Origin: the human T2T-CHM13v2.0 reference genome, Homo sapiens | Length of the DNA: 64,000 nt | Reading direction: 5' to 3' (one strand) | NCBI RefSeq assembly: GCF_009914755.1 | Contig: NC_060933.1 | In this document: positions 57,353-64,000 of the stretch, one piece after another | Layout of the letters: every line of letters begins with the position of its first letter | Numbering within the stretch: position 1 is the first letter of the stretch | The notes under the pieces: generated by a model | What the model was told of the DNA's origin: nothing | The model's input: the letters and a program-made list of their open reading frames with translations, nothing else | Database searches by the model: none | Position numbers and translations under genes: made by a program

Positions 57353-58773
57353 CTTGTTTTGCTATATCCAGAGAGAATAATAATATTTGATATACTTAAA
57401 ATATCTCTCCCTTCCCTTTACAAAAAATTAGATTAGTAATCAACAGATTCATCTCTTTTTTTGGTGTTATTTCTATTTGCTGTGTGTAATGAGTTTTGTA
57501 TGTTTACTGCCCTTCCTTGAATGCAGTTGAATTATTCTGCAAGTAGCCTCTTGAAGCCTCAAGGGAGACCTCAGTTCTCCTGTGCTAGGATGAGCTGTGT
57601 GTGCCCATGCACACACAGCTCCTTTCTTCCTCTTCCCTCTCCATCCCCTTTATGACTTTATAAAAGCCAAAATGGGCCTTGCCAAGCATCTGGCTCACCT
57701 TCCTGGGCTTTGCATTTTTCTATTAGTGAAAAGCAGCTGACAAGGGAAGACCTTCCTCCCTCATCAAACTGCATTCTTCAGCATTCAGCCATAATAGCCA
57801 CCCTCTCCCCAACTTCGACAGCAGTTTTCTCAGAATGTTCAGGGCTATTACAATAGGCTGCCACTGGATAGTCTGAATGGGGAGCTCATTAGCTTTGTGA
57901 GCCAGCATATGTCCAAAGAGAGTTTATGTGTAATCCCAACAATTTTCTTTTGTTTGTTCTTTATGTTGTACTATCTTTGGCTGAGGTTGATTATGATGGA
58001 ATCATTAACTCACGCAGAACTGGAAATAACCCTGTAGGGAATCATCCCAGCCCAGGCCCCAGGGAAGGGAGACATAATAGTTTCTCTCTATCTCCAAAGA
58101 CTCTGATTCTAATTAATGATAGTCTCGATGCTGTTTTTAGAGGTTCTTGTTACTTCACTACAACATCAGCTTTTTCAGAGGAAAAGAGCTACTTAAAACC
58201 TTCCTCATGAATTTAAGTTCCTATTCTTACTTTCCAGCTTCCTACTGAATTTTGGTCTAGTCCATGATCTGTGGGTTATCATCAGAAAGCCTAAGGGTAC
58301 TACATCTCTCTTATTCTCCTTGACTTTTTTGAAATATTTCTCTCTATATATAATAATTCTATGTTCAGAATATCACATGTAAGATTTTATTATGCAGCCT
58401 TAGATTTTATTTTCCTAAAGTTAAGAATTTAAATAACTTAAAAGTCCTCTAGTTTAAAAGCCACTGCAAGTGCCTGGCATATAGTAAGTGCTCAATAAAT
58501 GGAAATCCCCTCTCTCTTTCTACTGGGGCTCTAACATGTCATTATTCTATCATTTTATTTAAATTATTAGTGTGAAAGCTATGGACATTTAAAGGGTCCA
58601 AATACAATGAGAAAACCATGTCAGGGTCACTCAGACATTAAACTGAAAGACTTGGCTTCAGAAAGAAGAAAACTATTTAAATGTTGACTTGCAATCATAC
58701 CCTGGTGCAAATTCCATTATTTCTATGACTCCTGCTACCATTTCTGTGATGTCTAGCATATCACCGACAATAA
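57353..58773 (-). pseudogene. Four candidate pseudo-exons (58773-58701, 58290-58231, 58031-57699, 57415-57353)
   Basis: Donors gtatga, gtaaga, gtgagc, gtaata; acceptors atatatttag, acccttag, ttccctacag, ttgtaaag (weak). Confidence 0.45.
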
Positions 58774-58779
58774 CTAAAT

Positions 58780-59010
58780 ATATAATTAAATATACTTACC
58801 ATGAGCCATGCATACTGCCATGTGTACTCAATGGGCATCTTGTCGTTTGTTTCTCCAACAATCCCTGTTAACTCCACTTTAAAAGAGAGAAAAATTAAGC
58901 TTGGTAAGATGCAACAAATGGACCAAGTTCACAAGGTAGAAGGTAATGAAGCCAGGATTTAAACATAAATAATCTAACTGCAGGATCCACAAACATAAAC
59001 GGTCTGCCTC
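58780..59010 (-). mobile_element. MIR
   Basis: gaagccaggatttaaac, ccaagttcacaagg. Confidence 0.6.
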
Positions 59011-59979
59011 ATATCACAGGTCACCTGTCACTCTCTCCTTGGCCTCCCTCCCTACTCCTCTTCTTGATCTAAATACCAGTCAGTCAGTCATTATGCCAGA
59101 CTTTAAATTAGAATGGATTGTGGGAGTGAAAGAGAAGGTGATGACAACAGAAAATTTGTGGAGGTTTGTATTGATTAGAAGTAGAAGGGCTATGTGGTTT
59201 TTTAAAGATGTTTGAGGCAAGATCCTGCAGAGTTGAATACCATTTCTGACTTCCACAGGCCATCTTCATTTGCTAGTCACTTGATAAGTTTTATGGTCGT
59301 AAAAAAGTGAGCAAAGCTGTATTTTCATCCTCAAGGATTGTATGGTATAGCAGTAAAAATATGCAGGTACATGGTTATAATTCAGAAATACTTGCTATTC
59401 CTGGGTGATTAGTGCTTTGGGAACATAGAGAGGTCCACCTAGTTAAATATTAAGAGTCATAGGAAACTTTCCCAGGGAGATTAAATCTAGGCTGATGATG
59501 AGGAAAATTGTGAGGTAGGCAGTCTAAAGAGGACGTTGAAAACTGAGAGATCAGTTCAGGAAAAAGGAACACTCTAGGTAATGTCTCTGAGCATTTCTCC
59601 ATTCTCAAAGTGAAAGTGGTCATCTATAAAATGAGGTCAAGAAAGGAAATGTTTAATGTCCCTAAGGCAAAGCTCATAGTACACTCTAAGGGATTGTAGG
59701 TGTTCTGTAAATGTCACTGTCCCTTTCTTGTAATAATGGCCAATAAACTGGTTCCTGAGGGCTGGGGATTTTTATTTTTATTTTTTATTTTTTGGTAACT
59801 TACAGTAGAATTGGGGGAGGCTTATTCTAGTTAGCTATTGCTATGTAATAAAGCACCCCAAATATTGTAGGATAAGACATCAACTATTTTATTATACTCA
59901 TGGATTCTACAGTTTGAAAATTCAGCCATGTACTTGTACAAATATATAAATCGAGTTGATTGTTGGCTAAAATAAAATA

Positions 59980-60236
59980 TAGTGGCAGCATGGAGACAGA
60001 CAACTATATGTGAGTTTCAGTCTCAGCTCTACTGTTTACTAGCTACAGCACCTTGGGATGTAGAATCATATTCTCTATAAGCCTCTGCTTTGTCAACTGT
60101 AAAATGGGAATAAGGAGAGTAACATATGTTGCATGGTCATTTTAACAATTAAACAAGCTGTAAGTTAGTTATATAAATCCCTTGGCACAGTGCCTGGCAA
60201 ATAGTAAGAGATCAGTGAATGTTAGCTATTATTATT
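59980..60236 (+). mobile_element. MIR
   Basis: ttactagctacagcaccttggg...ctgtaaaatgggaataa...cagtgcctggca...tgttagctattatt. Confidence 0.85.
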
Positions 60237-60256
60237 TTCTTAAAAATCATCTAGAG

Positions 60257-60540
60257 TTCTGGGTATTGTTCCTCATGCCTTTAATCCCAGCACTTTGGGA
60301 GGCCAAGGCAGGCAAATCACTTGAGCTCAGATTTTAGAGACCAGCCTGGACAACATGGTGAAACCCCTCTCTACAAAAAATGCAAAATTTAACTGTTTGT
60401 GGTGGCATATGACTGTAGTCCTAGCTACCCAGGAGGATCGCTTTAGCCAGGGAGGTCAAGGCTGCATTCAGTCAAGATAGTGCCACTGCACTCCAACCTG
60501 GGCACCAGGGCAAGACCCTGTCTCAAAAAAAAAAAAAAAA
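60257..60540 (+). mobile_element. AluJ
   Basis: ggaggatcgctt, ggaggtcaaggctgca, caagaccctgtctc, poly-A. Confidence 0.92.
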
Positions 60541-61490
60541 GTCAGCCAGAGTGTAGTAGGGATAGCTGGCATCTGCCCCGTGGGGTCTGGGCTTTCAGCT
60601 GGTAAGCATTGAATGGCTGGTGGCTAAAATCACCTGAAGGCTTCTTTTCTTGCATGTGTGGGCATGGACAGGGATGTCTCCAAGTTTTGGCTCAGCTCTA
60701 ACAGTCGACCAGAGGAACGTATATAGAGGCCTCATCACAGTGTCTTGGGCTATTCAGGGAATGACAGCTGGATTCCAAGAGAACGTGTTCCAAAAGGGAG
60801 CATGCAGGAAGCACATTAGATGGGGACTAATTTGTGGCCAAGTTTGGGAATTAAAATCTGTTAGAAGACCAACCCAGAACTAATGTTTCTTTTACTGAAT
60901 AAGGGCACAAAGTCTGAATAGTCTTATGTTGCCTAGTCCTGTATATTTACACAAACACAGACTTAGCCACCACACTAAAGATCTTGAGAGTAAGATGGGT
61001 GTCTAGGTCATCATTGCACTTTTAGTGCCTATTACAATGGCTGGCACGTAACAGGTGTTCTAAAAAATTCTTTCAATCTCTATAGAAGGAATGTCTAATA
61101 GCGAATACATGTGCAAAAGGCATAACATATATCTTGCAAAGATATTCTGAAACAAAACAAAAAACTAACCCAGATGGCCAATATGAGTGTAGTTTTTCTC
61201 TCTAGAAAGAGTCACTAATGGTAACATTTCAAATATTATAACATGACAGTAGAAAAAGCAAGACTTTCTCAATATTCTTTTACCTCCAGATTCTATCATT
61301 TTTCCAAGCAGGGCCTACCACTGTGGTACAGAAAAGCAATATAATTTCCATTGAAATAATTAGATACTTTTCTCTTGGTTTATGCTGTTTCTTTGTCTTG
61401 GGAGACTAATTAAATAATTAAGAATGTAGAGCCCTAACTGGAAACCATTTTGACAATGACTTAATGTGTGTCCTTGAACCCATCGTATAC

Positions 61491-62487
61491 CTTTGACATC
61501 AGCTTTCTCACCATCGAGCACCATTTATAGCCAGAAGACATGGCAGCAAATGAGCAAAAGTTTGTCCAAAGTGACAACACAGGGAATATTACAAAAATAA
61601 TGTATGATCATCCTAAATACTTTCTCCCTCTGCCTAAACACCCCCTTGACCATAAGTCAAGTCTCCCGGAAGATGCATTTACTCTCTTAGACAGTTAGAA
61701 TATATGTTGTAATTTGTGCCTTCAGTGCATAGCAGCTGGGAGAATTTGGCACCAGTAACTTTTTTTATTTGCTAATATCATTTGGCTTTATCCTCAAATG
61801 AAATTTAAAATGACACAGTTTGGCAATCCACATTAGCACCATCTAGCAATAGTCCCATGTTGGTTTCACTGCAGTTTGATAATTTACAGACTCATTGGGC
61901 TGCAAGGGACTTGGCGCGCTTACCTAATTCGACGGTTTCTAAATCTGGCTGAACATCAACATTTAATGGGGACCTTTAAAAAAATACAGATTCCTGGGCA
62001 CAAAGCCCTACTGATCAGCAGGTGAGAATCTGAACAAGTGGAACCTAGAAATTTTAAACTTCACAAAGCTTTGCAAATGATTCTGACAAGCTAAGATAGG
62101 AAATCAGTACTTTAATTTACATCTCATCTTCAGCTGAAGCCCTGAAGAGTAGTTTTGTTTGCTTGTTTGTGTCATTTGTTGGAATGTTTGTTCATTCATT
62201 CATCCATTCGTGTTAGTAAAGAATATCATTTTTTTTCTTAAAACGCTTCGATTCTCCACTGGTAATTTTCAGACTTCTTATGGGTGAGTGGCCAGGATGT
62301 GCTGTGATCAATTTTATAGAGAAGAGGATAAAAGAGGTTCTTCAAAGCACGGGTGCTTCTAGTAGCTTACCCTCGGCAGCATTTTCTCTTCAGTAAATCC
62401 TTGACAGTGAGGTCATCCTCCCTCCCTTCCAACTCTCTTTGATTTAGTTCTAAATTTGCTGATTCCCATTGGACTTTGGTGCTTCCC
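61491..62487 (-). pseudogene. Two candidate pseudo-exons (62487-62371, 61612-61491)
   Basis: 117-nt open exon with tccttgctttag and AGG|gtaagc; 122-nt exon with one stop, a weak acceptor and donor AAG|gtatac. Confidence 0.45.
61930..62108. mobile_element. MER5B-like MITE
   Basis: ggtttctaaatctggctgaacatc...aaaaatacagattcctgggc...tgattctga. Confidence 0.65.
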
Positions 62488-62619
62488 CTAAAGCAAGGAT
62501 TGTATCAAACTTTGCTAATGTCCATAATCTCTTAACATCATCGCTTTTTTTCTATCTCAGACATCATAGATCAAAAGAAAATGTATAAGATTACAATATA
62601 TCCCTATTTAAAACTTTTC

Positions 62620-63148
62620 AAAGATTTCTCATTTAATGAAGAAAATTCAGACTTCTGACCATGTTCTTGTGCCCCTGCATGACCCTGCTCCTGTTGGCCT
62701 TTTTGACTGCATTGTGTCCATTTTTTCTTGTTCTCTAGCTTCAAAACCCCTGTCCTGTTTTGTGAACATAAAGCTTCCTGCCTCTGGACTTTCACTTTTT
62801 TTTTTGCCCTATTTTGGGTATTTTTCTAATGGATATCTTATTCTAATATTCAGATCTTGCTTAATTGTCACCTCCTCAGACAGAACTTCCCTGACCAATC
62901 TATTTTATGTCTTCTTCCATACCTGATTACTCTCTCGTTTATCTCCCAATATATTTTCTTTGCAGCAACAATAAAAATCTGTTATGGTCTGGTTGTTAAT
63001 GAGTTCATTGTCTATGCTCTGTCATCTTATTAGAATGTATACGTTCCCGAAGTGCAGAGATTTTGCACCTCTTCTCTAAGATAGAATCCCTGGCTCTCAG
63101 AAGAGTGCCTGACACAAACCAGCATTCAATATGTATTTGTTGAATGAG
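62620..63148 (+). mobile_element. L2 3' region
   Basis: tgtcacctcctcaga...agtgcctgacaca...aatatgtatttgttgaatga. Confidence 0.8.
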
Positions 63149-64000
63149 TACTTTAGAGTTTCAGATTTCCCCACTGGTTAGACTATGCTGAAGTTAGAAG
63201 TAGCTTCTTGTCCCACTTTCAGTGTCATAAGAAACTATTCTCTTGGTACATCTGGTCCACCTACGAGTTATAATAATTATTCTTAGTCATAATGGCTTAT
63301 AAATTACTAATATCCTCTTACTAACTAACTTGAATACTGTTTTCCATAACATAAGGATACATTCTTTCCAAACTGGCTTCAAAAAAAAAATCCAGTATCA
63401 CTCTTAGAGTGTATTGGCAATAACAGTATTAGTAAATAATAATGAACATCTGAGTCACTATAGCAATTGGATAAACCACCCAATGAAGATGTATTATCAT
63501 TTCATTATTTGTACACAGCAAACATGTTCTTATTAACTACCAAGTCTGGTTGCATTAAGAAAGTTTTTAACCTTTTCATACAGAAGTTTATATGATTCTA
63601 AACTTGAAGCATGACAGTGTAGAAAAAGTACTGGGAGAAACTGTAACTTGGAGTAATTATTTCACTCTCTTCTATGATCTTGGAAATGTCATGTCGCATA
63701 TCTGAACCTAAATTTTCTCCCCAATAAAATAGTGATAAAGCCTAACCCATGGAGTTATTGTGACATTCAACATCCAAGTATAATTCCGTACATGCATATA
63801 TTTTATCAGAGCCAAAACCTTATTCAAATGTAAAGGAATATTATATGAATTGAAATTTCTAGTCGTCCATTTAAAGGGACTTATTGGACATCTAGTATGT
63901 GTAAGAGAATAAAAAAATAAACAGACACAGTCTATGTCCTCATGAAGCATTTAATCTAAGTGAGAACAATGTTAGTTATAGGTAAATATATCATTATTTT

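Larger units (their letters stand above)
59823..60860 (-). mobile_element. MLT1G/H-like LTR interrupted by a MIR and an AluJ
   Basis: tattctagttagctattgctatgtaat... resumes after the Alu as gggtctgggctttcagctgg...gctggattccaagaga. Confidence 0.7.

Noticed and set aside
63350-63450. Searched for a P-loop exon upstream of the candidate GTPase-like segments
   Set aside because: No GxxxxGKS/T in the minus-strand frames I translated.

Overview
Primate (most likely human) AT-rich genomic DNA. It has no intact protein-coding ORF, and I saw no RNA genes or CRISPR arrays. About half is recognisable interspersed repeat: AluJ/AluS/FLAM (no AluY), L1PA/PB/MA/MB/ME and HAL1 fragments, L2, MIR, MaLR and ERV solo LTRs (MER50-like, MER52-like, LTR16, LTR47, MLT1, MLT2) and hAT MITEs (MER5, MER20, MER45A, MER94). 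Subfamily names come from my recollection of consensus sequences, not from a database run. The main hidden signal is in the repeat-free islands between about 33.7 and 63.3 kb. They carry a co-oriented series of about 19 minus-strand segments, mostly bounded by canonical splice sites and often phase-compatible, that translate to protein-like text with scattered stops and frameshifts. I interpret this as a candidate decayed multi-exon gene (possible unitary pseudogene) with a PH-like C-terminal region and, more speculatively, a dynamin-like GTPase region. This is inference and needs homology searches. Other notable items: a CpG-retaining MER50-like LTR, a locally templated L1 copy inside an AT-rich expansion, a twin-primed L1 carrying a mini-Alu, and several duplication-plus-hairpin scars.
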